Below, in pieces: positions 26,087 to 38,113 of a stretch of DNA of 64,000 nt (its first letter is position 1; each line of letters starts with the position of its first letter). A model generated the notes under the pieces. That model ran no database searches and was not told the DNA's origin. It saw only the letters and a list, made by a program, of their open reading frames with translations. The position numbers and the translations under genes are program-made. The stretch comes from Catajapyx aquilonaris. Its lineage: Eukaryota. The stretch is from NCBI GenBank assembly GCA_000934665.2, contig KZ538419.1, forward strand, positions 1-64,000, in the 5' to 3' direction.

Positions 26087-28313
26087 ATGAACAACAGGCG
26101 ATTTAAATTATTATTATTCGTAATAATCCTGGTTCTAAGCCTAACTGCTTTCAATATGTGGAATGTCTCTGCTACATTTCCGAGTTTCGAGCAACACCGC
26201 CAAACCACAGAAGGAGTGCGATCATGCGCGATACCAAAATTAGATCCTTTCGATGCCAGTATCACGCCATACCTCCAGAAATTCGGTCCGTTGAAGTGCA
26301 CCGTGTTTCAACCCCCACTCACATCTCTCGACAGCGATGGAGTTCTTCACGTCAATGAAACTGCTCTGGAATCCCTGAAATCCCAGGCAAGTGACCTTGT
26401 CTGCACGTACAGGGACATCTGGTTGGCCGACGACAACAACCTGAAGTACGGTAAGCCACATGTGAGTCGTGAGAAAGGAGGACTCACATTAATGCCCATC
26501 AAGTACCAAGGATCGGACCAGGGACACATCTTTAACTATCCTCGTTAAATTGCAGGTATTGAACATGGCGCAGAAAATCTCAACATCCACGTGTGTCGTC
26601 AAATGCACATCCAACCTGACCGTTCCGTACGAAAATGTGCACGTTTATGCCAAGTCTCCTAAGGCTGTTCCACCATCGAGGACACCAGGAACCCAACCCA
26701 GCGTCTTCCTTCTGGCCGTTGACTCCATGTCTCAACCCAATTTCATTCGACAACTACCCAAGACGTACGAGTACCTCACGACCACTCTGAACGCCACTGT
26801 CTTGTGGGGTCTGAACAAAGTCGGTCACAACACATTTCCAAACATTGTTCCTCTGCTGACTGGTCTCAAAGTGTCCAACGACCACTACGAGCCCCACGAT
26901 TTCCTGGCTCCAAGGTACAAGTTTGGCAAGATGACGATGGACCACATGCCTCTTCTCTGGAGGGCGTTTCGCAGCTACGGCTACCTCACTCTGTACTCGG
27001 AGGACTTTCCCATTGCCCCGTTGTTCAACTACGTGACTTTGGGATTTAAGAAGCCTCCAGTTGACTACTACATGCGACCATTTTGGATGGCGACAGAAGG
27101 CACTACCACAGACGCGAAGAGCGACTGGTATTGCTTCGGCAGCGACGCAAGGCACAACCTCATCCTTCGATATGCGGATCAGTTCATTCGGAAGAACAAA
27201 GGCGTGCCATACTTCGCGTTCTCTTTCATATCTGAGATTAGTCACGACGACATCAACCCAGTGCAGATGATCGACGATGATGTTCATGAATTCTTGCGAC
27301 GCAGCGTGGATGACCACCTTCTGGACGACGCCATCCTGATCGTCATGGGAGATCACGGAAACAGGTAACGTGATTTCAACTTTACATTCATGCACACTCA
27401 AAATATTTCCTCCTGCAGGTACGGATCATACAGGGAGACAACCCTGGGGAGATTTGAAGAGAGGATGCCCTTCTTCTCCATCAGTCTACCTCGATGGCTG
27501 AGGGAGAAGCACCCCCACTTGGTCCGAAACCTGGAGATAAACAGCGACAGACTGACCACCTGGTTCGACGTGCACCAGATGCTGGTGGACGTGTACATGG
27601 ACGACCTGGAGAACGGGGAGTCCGCCTCTGTCTGGAGGCCTCCTTCGCCTCACGGGATCTCTCTCTTCAGGCAGTTGGTTCCTCTCAACAGGACCTGTCA
27701 GGACGCGTACATACCACTGGAGTACTGCATTTGCACATTGGAGGCAAGTGTACCATTATACGCACCTGAAGTTGAGTCAGCAGCCAATGCACTCGTAGAG
27801 CATCTGAACCTACTTCTTGCACCCGCTGAAAAACAGTGCTATCGCTTGGAACTAAAGGTTAGTAGTAGTAGGGCTTCAATATTTATCCGGATATCCCGAA
27901 AAATTGCAAAATATTTGCCTCGGAATTATATTTAGAAATAATTAATTGGTTCAATTGAACAGAGTGACTTGAAGATTTATGATGCATAACTGTACATTTA
28001 TAATTTTGACTAATACCATCATGTTGTAATTATTGTTTTTTTTTAAAAGAAATTGCTTCAGGCGAACGTGATGAAATTCAGCTGGTCTTCCTCCTGGACA
28101 AATCTGAGGGCGAAGGAAGAGGTACGCCTGAGACTGGTGGTGGAAACAAAGCCAAACGACGCTCACATAGAGACCGTGATGAGGAGGCTGAAAGACTCAA
28201 AGACTTTTAAGGTGTTTGGCGACATAACTCGAATCAATAAGTTTGGAAACCAATCGTCATGCATTCAAGACCCGGTTATGAAGCAGTATTGCTTATGCAA
28301 GACTACGAATTAA
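26087..28313 (+). CDS. DUF229 alkaline-phosphatase-superfamily protein #2
   Basis: Exons 26087-26461, 26556-27364, 27419-27857 and 28050-28313. TM; C.IPKLDPFD, LLAVDSMS, GLNKVGHNTFPN, EISHDD, MGDHGNRYG, EERMP, C..AYIP.EYCIC, RINKFG...YCLCK. Confidence 0.92.
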
Positions 28314-28656
28314 CATGAAGATTTTGCACACTGGTTTTTTTAAAAATCATCATGATTACAATTATTGTTACAATGTTACAATTCACTTCGTTCAACAAAA
28401 ATCCTTAAATCAGTAATTGAATCATTGCTATTACTTTTAGTTCATATTGCTTCAATGGGAAGGGGAGATGGTATTGAGCAAATCCTGTCAAATGAAGGCT
28501 TGAAAATCATAATTACCCGAGCCGTAATATTTTGGTCTAAATTAAGGTATATTACACCACATCTTGACTGGTTCATACTGTTTCACATATTTTATTAATC
28601 TGAGGTTTTAATTTATATTAACCAAACCACACACACACGTACACACCCATGCTTTT

Positions 28657-30460
28657 TTAAGGATTTCCTGTCAGCATTCTTATGACACGTTGGCCTCTTA
28701 TTGCGTAATGCTCATCAGATTGTTCAGAAGTCCGAACTTTTCGTTGTTGTGTGTTGTTCAGGAGTCGTTCGCCATCAGTAGTCGCTATTTCCTGCCAGAA
28801 AATGAATGGACATGAGACCATTTTTACTCTCTAAACGATGAGGACCGACAAATTGAAGTCAATACAACCATTCAAACTTATAGTCAGTATTACTGTCGAA
28901 CGCATTAGTTCAGAAACTGGAGTCTAAAAAAAGTAAACATGGCATAATAATTACTCCTTTCTGTGGTTCCTGCTCAGGTATTTTAATAAATATCCAGGTA
29001 TAGAGCTTCTTCGTAATAATGTCCAAACGCTCGTACTTCAGAGTGCTGAGTCCATCCGTTTTAATCCTTGACCCACTCGAACGCAAGTAATGGAACCTGA
29101 AAATATCAACGTTTATTTCTCTATAGTNNNNNNNNNNNNNNNNNTCCCCCCCCCCCCCCGATCACATTATTCATGAAAGTCTTTTGTCATGTATGAGAAT
29201 GAGGCTACTTTCCACTTTCCGAGCGTGGCTATGTAAATGATCTAAACATCTCGTTGAACTGTGACAATGTTGATAATTACAGTTACTTTAGCTTCCTCTT
29301 TATTATATACCTTTTAGGGTTGGGATTGGTATCATGCTTGTGTTTCAGCATGAGATACCTGGCCACTTTCTCCGGATATCGTGAGATTGTGTAATTGCAG
29401 CTTCTGATTCGGTTGGACATGTCGTCGTCTTCGCCTCCCCAGCCCCAGTACATGTTACTGTAACCGTTCACTCTTAGAAACTGCTCTTTGGTCAGAGCCG
29501 TTACTCCTCCAAACGCTGGTGCAAACGTAAACCTGCGTTCAAACACATATAAAATCAGCAAAAAGTCTACAACATGGAGGAATATTTTGTGATGGTTCTT
29601 TTGACATACTGGTAGTCGAAGGTGCTGACAGCCACCGACATGTGTCTAGGCTGCTCAGGACACGTGTACAGGTTCCGATCGTCTTCCGGAATCAAATCGA
29701 CGTCGTGGAAAATGAAGCACTGCCAATCGTACTGCTGCAAAGCCTCCAAGAAGCCCGCGTTCATCATCCTCGCCTTGTTGAACGTCGAGTGACCTTTCAA
29801 AAAAAACAACATTAACACGTTATCACTACACACCAACAAAGACATGCATAACACCTGCCTGCTTGCTCGACGACGTATATTCCGTAGTCGATCTGCTGCC
29901 TCTTCAGTATTGGGTGCAAATTGGCGAGGAAAATCCTCAGGTGTTCAGCCCTGTCCCTGAAGGGCACGATGAATGCCACCCTGTGGTTGGCCCTGCATTC
30001 TCTTGGCCTGAATCGTCCTCCTGGTTCCAGCCACTGGAGTCGTCTCTCCAGCTCTTCCATCGAAGGAGCTTCTTTCGACACGTTCACTGGACCAACTGCG
30101 GTAGGAACACTGGCTGTACACCTGACGTATGCCAGATACACACTTACTTGTACCTAGAAGTGGTGGTACCGCAGGACAGTTCGCCATTTTGACACCTGCA
30201 GTGCTGACTTGTGTAGTACTTGCGTTGCATGCTTTTTGACCTGGCCCTCCGCATTGTTTGGTGCTTGTTGTGACTTTGGATTTGACCTTAGGGCCTTCCA
30301 GTGCCTTCAAGACGCTGGCGGGTGGCTGGTAGAACCGATGGTCGTAACGGACAATTAAGGAGTACTGAACTATTAGTATGAGACACATGACACCAAGGAG
30401 TATTTTGGAGCCATGTTTCAAAAGGCATAAGGGAGGTGATGACATTGTTCGTACAATCAT
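28657..30460 (-). CDS. GT7 beta-1,4-N-acetylgalactosaminyl/galactosyltransferase (beta4GalNAcT/BRE-4 family)
   Basis: Exons 30460-30154, 30095-29859, 29793-29610, 29532-29311, ~29096-28955 and a probable last exon 28791-28657. Motifs VAFIVPFRDR, FNKA, FHDVD, FGGV, WGWGGEDDDM, DGLSTLKY. Confidence 0.93.
29128..29143. other. Assembly gap (Ns) next to a poly-C run, inside an intron
   Basis: Run of n characters. Confidence 0.95.
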
Positions 30461-31090
30461 ACATCAGCGGCTCAGGATTTTGATCTGAAAAAAATTTATT
30501 TTGATTAATCAGCTGGAGAAGCCAACACATGAAGTTAGTGAACTGTACTGCATAAATGATAATTTATATATTTATATTTTAGATAGACGTAACTGATGAT
30601 GATGCTTACATACTCGGAGTTACATGTCGCACATCAACAGCCTTGTCTCTCGAAGTGGTGTTTCCAGAGTAGTACCGGTAGTCATAAAAATTCATTACCT
30701 GTACTGTAATAAAAAGGTTTTGCAGTGTATGCCCCAGATGGAGAGGAGCAGAAGGCTCTAAGAATGGCCTAATTTCTGGTGCAATACACATGTGCATAGC
30801 ATTACTTGTAGGATTGGCACAGCTGCGTCATTCAATGCAATAATGGTCACAGTACATGGTTGCCGAGTTTCATTTGCGATTTTTCGAACATATCATTTCC
30901 ATATAGAAAACGCAACAGTTTCATTCTCCCATCAAGGGAGTGAAAATATTTTAATTGAAGTAGGGTTTGATGTACAAGTGGAATGCGATAGATGTAATAC
31001 ACCATGTCCTGTTGGTAGTACTCAGACTGACAATATATTGCCTGGCAACATTTTTGGAACAAAACAAAGAGTTTGTTCACTTTTGTGAAT

Positions 31091-31522
31091 ATGGAATACC
31101 CAAGGGAATACCACCATCATACAGTGCATTGGGATCCAGCCTTGAGTCAAAGGAACGAAGGAGAATGCCACTGTATACGGAACCATGATCAAAACAAGAA
31201 CGTCCAGCTCGACCAATCTTGCTCCCGGTAAAATTTTGTAATTAATGCTTAATTTAATTTCTGCTGTTCTGATTGGGACTCGTCCAACTGAAAAAAAATA
31301 ATTATTGGAAAAAATGCCATGAGCTGAATTTTTGTTCAATTGAAACCCATCAGGTGGATGAGAGCCTCGACTTGCTTGCTGAAGGAAACAGGACGAAGGC
31401 TTCTGTGTCGAGACTGGTTGTGTATCACCTTTACCCTTCTCTTATGGATCACCTTCTTCGCTTTTCTCGTCCTCATCCTCCTGCATTTCTACGGACTCTG
31501 CGGGTGCATCATTTTAATCTAG
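31091..31522 (+). CDS. Putative 101-aa protein with a C-terminal TM helix (tail-anchored), family unknown
   Basis: Exons 31091-31227 and 31354-31522 join in phase (CG|GTAAAA...CATCAG|G). Product MEYPREYHHH...WLCITFTLLLWITFFAFLVLILLHFYGLCGCIILI. Confidence 0.5.
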
Positions 31523-32068
31523 ATGGTACAGCATCGAGAAACTCAAGACGCTGGGTTCACCCCAGCGCATGACTCACAATAAAAATTTAGTTGCTACACC
31601 TTCATAATTATCATGTGGATTATCTTTATGTCACGCAATAATTGCCACCAAACTGTTTCAAATATTATTATAAGGCTAGCTCATTATTTTTGTCATATTA
31701 TATCGTTTTACTCTAGTTTTCAAGCCTCTACTCGTCTGGTTGACGGAATAAACACTTATCTGTTTTAAAAAACTAATTGAATCATGTACAATCCGGGAGG
31801 TTATCTTGAATGTCACGGTCATGCTATTTATAATGCAGGCCTGATAATATATTAGATGCATTGGATCACTTTACTACAGTACATTACAGCTCATTTTTAT
31901 TATGATTGGTCGGTGACCTTTGCAGTTTATGACCGGTTCAATAAATGAGCGACGATGGGTGTCAAGCGAAGAGTTCAAAAAAGTTTAGTGATAAATATAA
32001 ATTTAAAGCACTTTATTTGTACATAGTTATGCAAATGTGACGTAAAAAAATTGCTAATTTTTTCACTC

Positions 32069-32547
32069 CTAGAAGCGAAATCTGTAGCCAGCACCAGCGG
32101 ACCACCGGGGCTGACTGCGCCATGGCTGGCCCTTGAATTAAACACAATCGACATTTAGTAATTAAATATATTTTTGTGCACTAATTATATGCAAGAGCAC
32201 CAACCTGGAATTTCCCAAAGTCACGTCCATAAGTTCCTCCGACTCCGACGCTGTGCCTTCCGTTCCTGCTCTGCCAAACTTTGGTTCCAAGGGATCCGTC
32301 CAGTCCGACACCGTAGTTCCGTGCATTGTTGCCTGAACCACCTCCGTTCATACCGAAGTGAGGCTGAACATAAACAAAATTGATCATAACAATAGTAAAC
32401 AATCGAGCAATAATTACTTACCCTTCCAACACGACCGTTGTGAACAGTGTCAGATCCAGCAACATGCATCCCATGAGGACTGTACTGAGCCATAGCTTCA
32501 CAAACGCAGAAGATGACAAGGAGGATGAAGATATTGAGAGAAGACAT
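32069..32547 (-). CDS. Glycine-rich antimicrobial peptide precursor, diptericin/attacin-C-like
   Basis: Exons 32547-32422, 32363-32205 and 32131-32069 give 115 aa: signal peptide, propeptide ending RVGR, then PHFGMNGGGSG...KVWQSRNGRHSVGVGGTYGRDFG...WSAGAGYRFRF. Confidence 0.88.
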
Positions 32548-32595
32548 GGCTGCTGGTTGAAGCTGTGTGATGCTGATCTGCCCTGATTGGATCCC

Positions 32596-32810
32596 TTTTA
32601 TACCGAAATGTGATGGAAAAATATTGAGAGTGGAATTTCCAGATCAAAAATGTCCAAGGGTTTTTTTTTCTCAAAGTAGCATGACCCATGGATGGAAAAA
32701 CCAGTTGTTTTTGCTCATGAACGTCAGAATAAACAGCGAATGATGACCACAGCAATAATTTTGCAACAGATCACTTATTGCAACTTGGCCAAGCATCAGT
32801 CAGATAAGAA
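32596..32810 (-). promoter_or_regulatory. Putative AMP promoter: TATA box, kB-like sites and a GATA site
   Basis: TATAAAA at 32602-32596, GGAAATTCCA at 32640-32631, further GGG/GGAAAAACC motifs at ~32657-32702, GATAAG at 32803. Confidence 0.55.
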
Positions 32811-33136
32811 ACTACTGATATATTTTCTAACCAGTGTTCAGCGGTTCGAAAAGAGGATGTTTTTGGCCCAAATTAATTACAAGTGTGGAGCAGGAATATC
32901 AGCATAAGTCCTCAAACCTTAACCTAAAGGTTACCACAGGTGATACTCACATGTTAAATTAAAAAGTATCTAGTTACGTTGCTATTTAATGTTCATAACT
33001 TATCCGTTAATATGAGTCCGTACAACTTAACCTTATACAACTACAGTAATAATTCTATGTAGAGCCGATTGTGTTTAAGGTACGTAGTACAGTACAAGGA
33101 TCAACACTTCTCTAATTATTCTCTCCTGCATATAAA

Positions 33137-34485
33137 TTAAAACAAACCTCCCGTCGCTGAGTACACAGACGGGCAATACTTTTGCGCCAAAATATTGAAG
33201 GCAGATGTCACATTAGGAAGCACGGTGAGGTCAGAGTTCATCTTGTTCCAAATGTGTACCGTGTAAGAATCTCGTACCAAACGAGCCGTTTCGTTAGCAA
33301 ATTCGGGCAGGAAAAACTTGTAGTGTTCAGTGTATGGTACTAAATAAAAATAGCTTTGGGGAAGGACTTTCGGGATTTCTGGTCTGCATGTCCCTTGCTC
33401 GTTTCGTAAAAGTAAATTTACACTCTGGAGGTTGCAGGCTTCCAGCAGTAAACTGGTCACCAGGAAGGGTCCAATTGACCCCCAACCAGACGGATTGAAA
33501 CGAATTCTGATGTTTTCCAACCAGAGTTTTAAAAACGGGTGTTCTGGACGGAATTTCATCACTGCCTCGTTTACGCAATTGTCACTTTGCAATCCAACAG
33601 AGTCCTGAAGCCTGCCCAAATATTTTTGCACGATGACATCAGTGTCCAGGTAGATTCCTCCATACAAATACAGCAGACTGGCCCTTAGAGCGTCGCTTAA
33701 ATGAACGTATACATACGGCCTGTACTGAGGCAGCTGCATGCTGTACCACTCGGATAAGCCCACATACTTCAGGATGTCTTCTGGAATAATCTGCAACATA
33801 AAGATTGGCAGATAGAATAGCACTGAGAGAGATTATGGGGATAACACACCTGCTTGAAATGAATGTTCTGAAAGTTTAGTAGTGTTCTGGTGTGTCTCTC
33901 TGACACACTGAGGCTATTGTTGGTCATGAGAACAAATACATTTTGGCTATTCATAGCCAGAGATGCCGATTCTATGGAGCAGGCTGCTCTCGGAAGAAGC
34001 CTATCGCTTCCGGTCGTCTCGATGAAAAACACCGAGCCTGTATCACTCACCGATTCCTTTGAAAAATTTTGCAGGGCGATGACAGTCACTTCTTCCATGC
34101 TGTATGTTATTTCAGGTTAAACCATAAGCTTATATAGATGGTAAGAATGAACTGACCTTGTGTTTGACTGCTGCCATCTGTCGTAATACCTTTCTTGCAC
34201 ACCTCTCATGCCACGATCAGTCATTATGAGCATAATGCATATGAAAGACATAATTCCCGCAGTGGGAAGCAGAAAGCAGTGTCGTCTTCCTACAGCTGTA
34301 AATAAACAAAGTGCTACTCCAAAGACTAGTTTGTGCAATAGTGCTGTGGCAAAGAAGACGTTCCTAAAAGCACCGCACCGGTAGCGTACCGGTCGCAGTG
34401 CGTATATTTTAAATGACAGTGATTTCTATATTTTTATGGAGTGCATGAATAATCGTCAAAATCATAAGATATACAACTCACCCAT
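33137..34485 (-). CDS. GT32 alpha-1,4-glycosyltransferase (A4GALT/alpha4GT-like), copy A
   Basis: Inferred ATG-G micro-exon at 34485, TM exon ~34289-34157, then exons 34099-33850 and ~33791-33137. FFIET..RAACSIESA, HLSDALR..LYLYGGIYLDTD, WGSIGP, VHIWNK, LAQKYCP. Confidence 0.9.
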
Positions 34486-35273
34486 CACAGTATTTCTGGT
34501 CGTGCTAACCAGAAATATGATGATGCGATATTAACGATCGACAAGTGACTTTTTTGCTGTTTAGAGTGAGAGTGGTTGGAGAAGCAATATGCAAAACCAT
34601 ATGTGACTGTCTGTAGAGTGCATGTCACTGCTTACTGTTCGATGTCAGTGTTGAGTAATGACATGTATTTATTTTTTTATGTGTCGCTTGCAGCTTTTCG
34701 CTGGGACATTATTATTATTATTCTTTTGCATCATGACTCAATTACATATATTATTCTCGTGCTGGTTTACACATCGTCTGATACATTTTTCTGGCACAGT
34801 GATCGACACAGCAGCGATGAGCAGTTTAGTGTATTGGTCTCAGTCAGTAATACATGAATATTCTCACCTTTTCTTTTCACGCAGATGTTCTAAAATATTT
34901 TTCTAATGACTGAGGTTGTCCCGGTTCACATTGCATCAAATTCACTCAAATCTATCAAAATGTGTATATATATTTAAATGCACAAAGTATCCTACCTAAA
35001 AGACTAATGGCCACCCATCCAGATATAGTAATGGCCAGCTGTCAAGATAGTGATGCCCACCTTAATGAATTCAAACTCCTGAACAAAGTGACTAGTTTCA
35101 ATCCCATGCTTCAATAAAGCACCTCTAGACCAATACTTTCATATACCTCACATTGCTTTCGGGATATTGATTTCGGGATATGTGAGCCTTGCTAGAGCAA
35201 TTTGGAAACAGCTGGTATTAAAAATGTATTTATTTTAAACAGATACAAACACTAATCCTTCCCTGCCTTATAA

Positions 35274-36521
35274 TTAAAACAAACCTCCCGTCGCGGAGTA
35301 CACAGACGGACAATACTTTTGCGCCAAGATATTAAAGGCAGATGTCACATTAGGAAGCACGGTGAGGTCAGAGTTCATCTTGTTCCAAATGTGTACCGTG
35401 TAAGAATCTCGTACCAAACGAGCCGTTTCGTTCGCAAATTCGGGCATGAAAAACTTGTAGTGTTCAGTGTATGGCACTAAATAAAAATGGCTTTGGGGAA
35501 GGACTTTCGGGATTTCTGGGCTGCATAATGTCCCTTGCTCGTTTCGTAAAAGTAAATTTACACTCTGGATGTTGCAGGCTTCCAGCAGTAAACTGGTCAC
35601 CAGGAAGGGTCCAGCTGACCCCCAACCAGACGGATTGAAACGAATGCTGATGCTTTCCAACCAGAGTTTTAAAAACGGGTGTTCTGGACGGAATTTCATC
35701 ACTGCCACGTTCACGTCATTGTCACTTTCCAATCCAACAGAGTCCTGAAGTGTGCCCAAATATTTTTGAACGATGACATCAGTGTCCAGGTAGATTCCTC
35801 CATGCAAATACAGCAGACTGGCCCTCAGAGCGTCGCTTAAATGAGCATATACATACGGCCTGTACTGAGGAAGCTGCTTGCTGTACCACTCGGATAAGCC
35901 CACATATTTCAGTATGTCTTCTGGTATCACCTGCAACATGAAAATTTGCAGATATACTATAGCATTGAGAGAGAATTATGGCCAATAACATACCTGCTTG
36001 AAGTGAATGTTGTGGAAGTCAAGTAGTGTTCTGGTGTGTCTCTCTGACACACTGAGGCTATTGTTGGTCATGAGAACAAATACATTTTGGCGATTCATAG
36101 CCAGAGATGCGGATTCTATAGAGCAAGCTGCCCTCGGAAGAATCCGATCGCTTCCGGTCGTCTCGACAAAAAATACAGAGTCCGCATCAGTCACCAATTC
36201 CTTTGTAAATTGTTGCAGCACAACGTCATCTGCTTCCAGGCTGTGCGTAAATCACATTGGACGTCACAAGTTTTACGACGTGCCATTGTTAAGGACTCAC
36301 CTGTTGGTGCATAACCTTCCCTGAATACGCGGTTCCTTGACACCAGTCATCTTCTGTTCTGAAAATGCGAATGACACGCATGTGATGGCCACGAAGCCCA
36401 GTGTGATTAGAAGGATGCATGGAATTTTCTTGTCCCTTGCTGTCTCCTGAAAATGATATTAAATATAGTACACGGAGGTCACCATTAAATGCCACTAACT
36501 CACCCTCGGAGTTGCTAGCAT
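35274..36521 (-). CDS. GT32 alpha-1,4-glycosyltransferase, copy B
   Basis: MLATPR exon at 36521, TM exon ~36446-36301 (IPCILLITLGFVAITCVSFAF), then two catalytic exons. LDTD motif; very similar to copy A. Confidence 0.9.
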
Positions 36522-37329
36522 TTCGTTACACTGATGACTAGTTTTTACCCCATGCAAGTCGCACCCATAGAAAAAAACAGGAAACCGCGTTATCAGCAGT
36601 CTTTTATTATACATTACTGAGGAGGAAAAATATTTGCAAATAACGTGGAAGTTGACATGCTTACAAGTTTTCCAAAGTGTGACTTTGTGAAAACGTTACA
36701 TTTTATTAGAATCAATTTTATAGCTTTATCTTACCGTAATTAGTTCTGGATTCACCCAAGACACGCTCTACAATATGACATGGTCGTGTGACTCTGACCG
36801 ATACATTTCAAGCACTCCCTTGGGGGGTGAGAAGCATACCCTATAAAAGCGTCAGCAGAAACTCGTCGATATCGGAGCGAGAAGAAGCTCGGGCCATCAA
36901 TGTTTGGCCTTTTAACATCCACACCGCCGTCATATATTATTCACGAGTGTGCAGGGTGCAGTGGCTTGTCGCGAGGACGACGAAGGTATGTTCAAACATG
37001 CAAACAAGTGTCAGTGGGAAGACTCGATAAATTGACCTACTTTCTAGCTCCCCCGTGTGACATAACCACATCAGAATAGTTACAGTGATGATTATGAAAT
37101 TACCCAAAAATAGTCTAAAGGCAAGATGGACACATTAAATAGTGTTAGACACTTACAGATATTGCTTGCATTGGGCAAATGTGACTTGATGTCACCGGGG
37201 ACCTACCACAAACTGAAAGTGCTTTCTGCAGAGGAAACAATGGGAGGAGGAAGTGAACGATTCAAAACATGGCGCTTCCCTTTGCAATCCAATAACAATC
37301 CTGTCCTTGGCTCGGTGCCAATAATATTT

Positions 37330-38113
37330 TTAATTAGCCAAGCGGGCTATATATGATGGGACATCTGGTACCATTGTTTTGTTATTCCCAAATAATGAGT
37401 GGACTTCTGGCTTGATATATTCGACTATTACGGATGACACTTGACAACTCATTTCCGAATTGGCCCCATGTACTTCTTCCCGGTTGTTGTGTGGAGATGA
37501 GGCAGGTTTTACATAATTTTACGTAATTTAATAGCTGTAGTATTTATTGACTATTTCCAACAGTCTTAGCAACAATATTTTGTAACAAAACCGGTGACAT
37601 TATTAACATTTGGGAGTAATAAGAGTAAGATAATTTTTTGGGAGTAATAGCAAGATAATTTAAATGAGAAACAGAACAATTTATTTATATCAATTTTAAC
37701 CGTTTCATTTTTTTAAATGGCAATAATTCGCGTCGGTGTGTTTTCCTTCAACTGCAACGCTTGCTCAACAAATGGCATGATTCGCATGCACACGAGCATG
37801 TAGCATGTAGACTCTGAATGATCATAAAATTATGGTGTTGTGTATGGGCACTGGATAAAATGGCAGCAGTCAAGCCATATTAACCAAAGTTGCTTTCTCT
37901 CCTTGACCCTTGACATCCATGGTAGTAGACCTGGAGAAATAAGCGGAATAATGCGGTCAATATAATTCGCTTTGTAGTTTTTTATTTATTTATTACTTAC
38001 CCGACGCTTGGTTCATCTTTGATGAGATACATCAACACAACGTAGTAACTGTAGAGAGCAAGCACGGAGGCTGCGAGGTAGATCCACCATCGAAGTGTAA
38101 GTTTCTCGGCCAT
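37330..38113 (-). pseudogene. Orphan TM first exon plus decayed remnants of a probable ninth array member
   Basis: MAEKLTLRWWIYLAASVLALYSYYVVLMYLI...G|GTAAGT. Downstream fragments such as WGQFGNEL and IIWE* loosely resemble GT32 C-terminal motifs. No intact catalytic exon. Confidence 0.35.

Noticed and set aside
26754..27401. 215-aa antisense ORF and similar antisense ORFs over GT32, DUF229 and zDHHC exons
   Set aside because: They are shadows of GC3-rich coding exons on the opposite strand.
19093..28313. DUF229 proteins as sulfatases
   Set aside because: No (C/S)xPxR formylglycine motif is visible; a Thr occupies the presumed nucleophile position.
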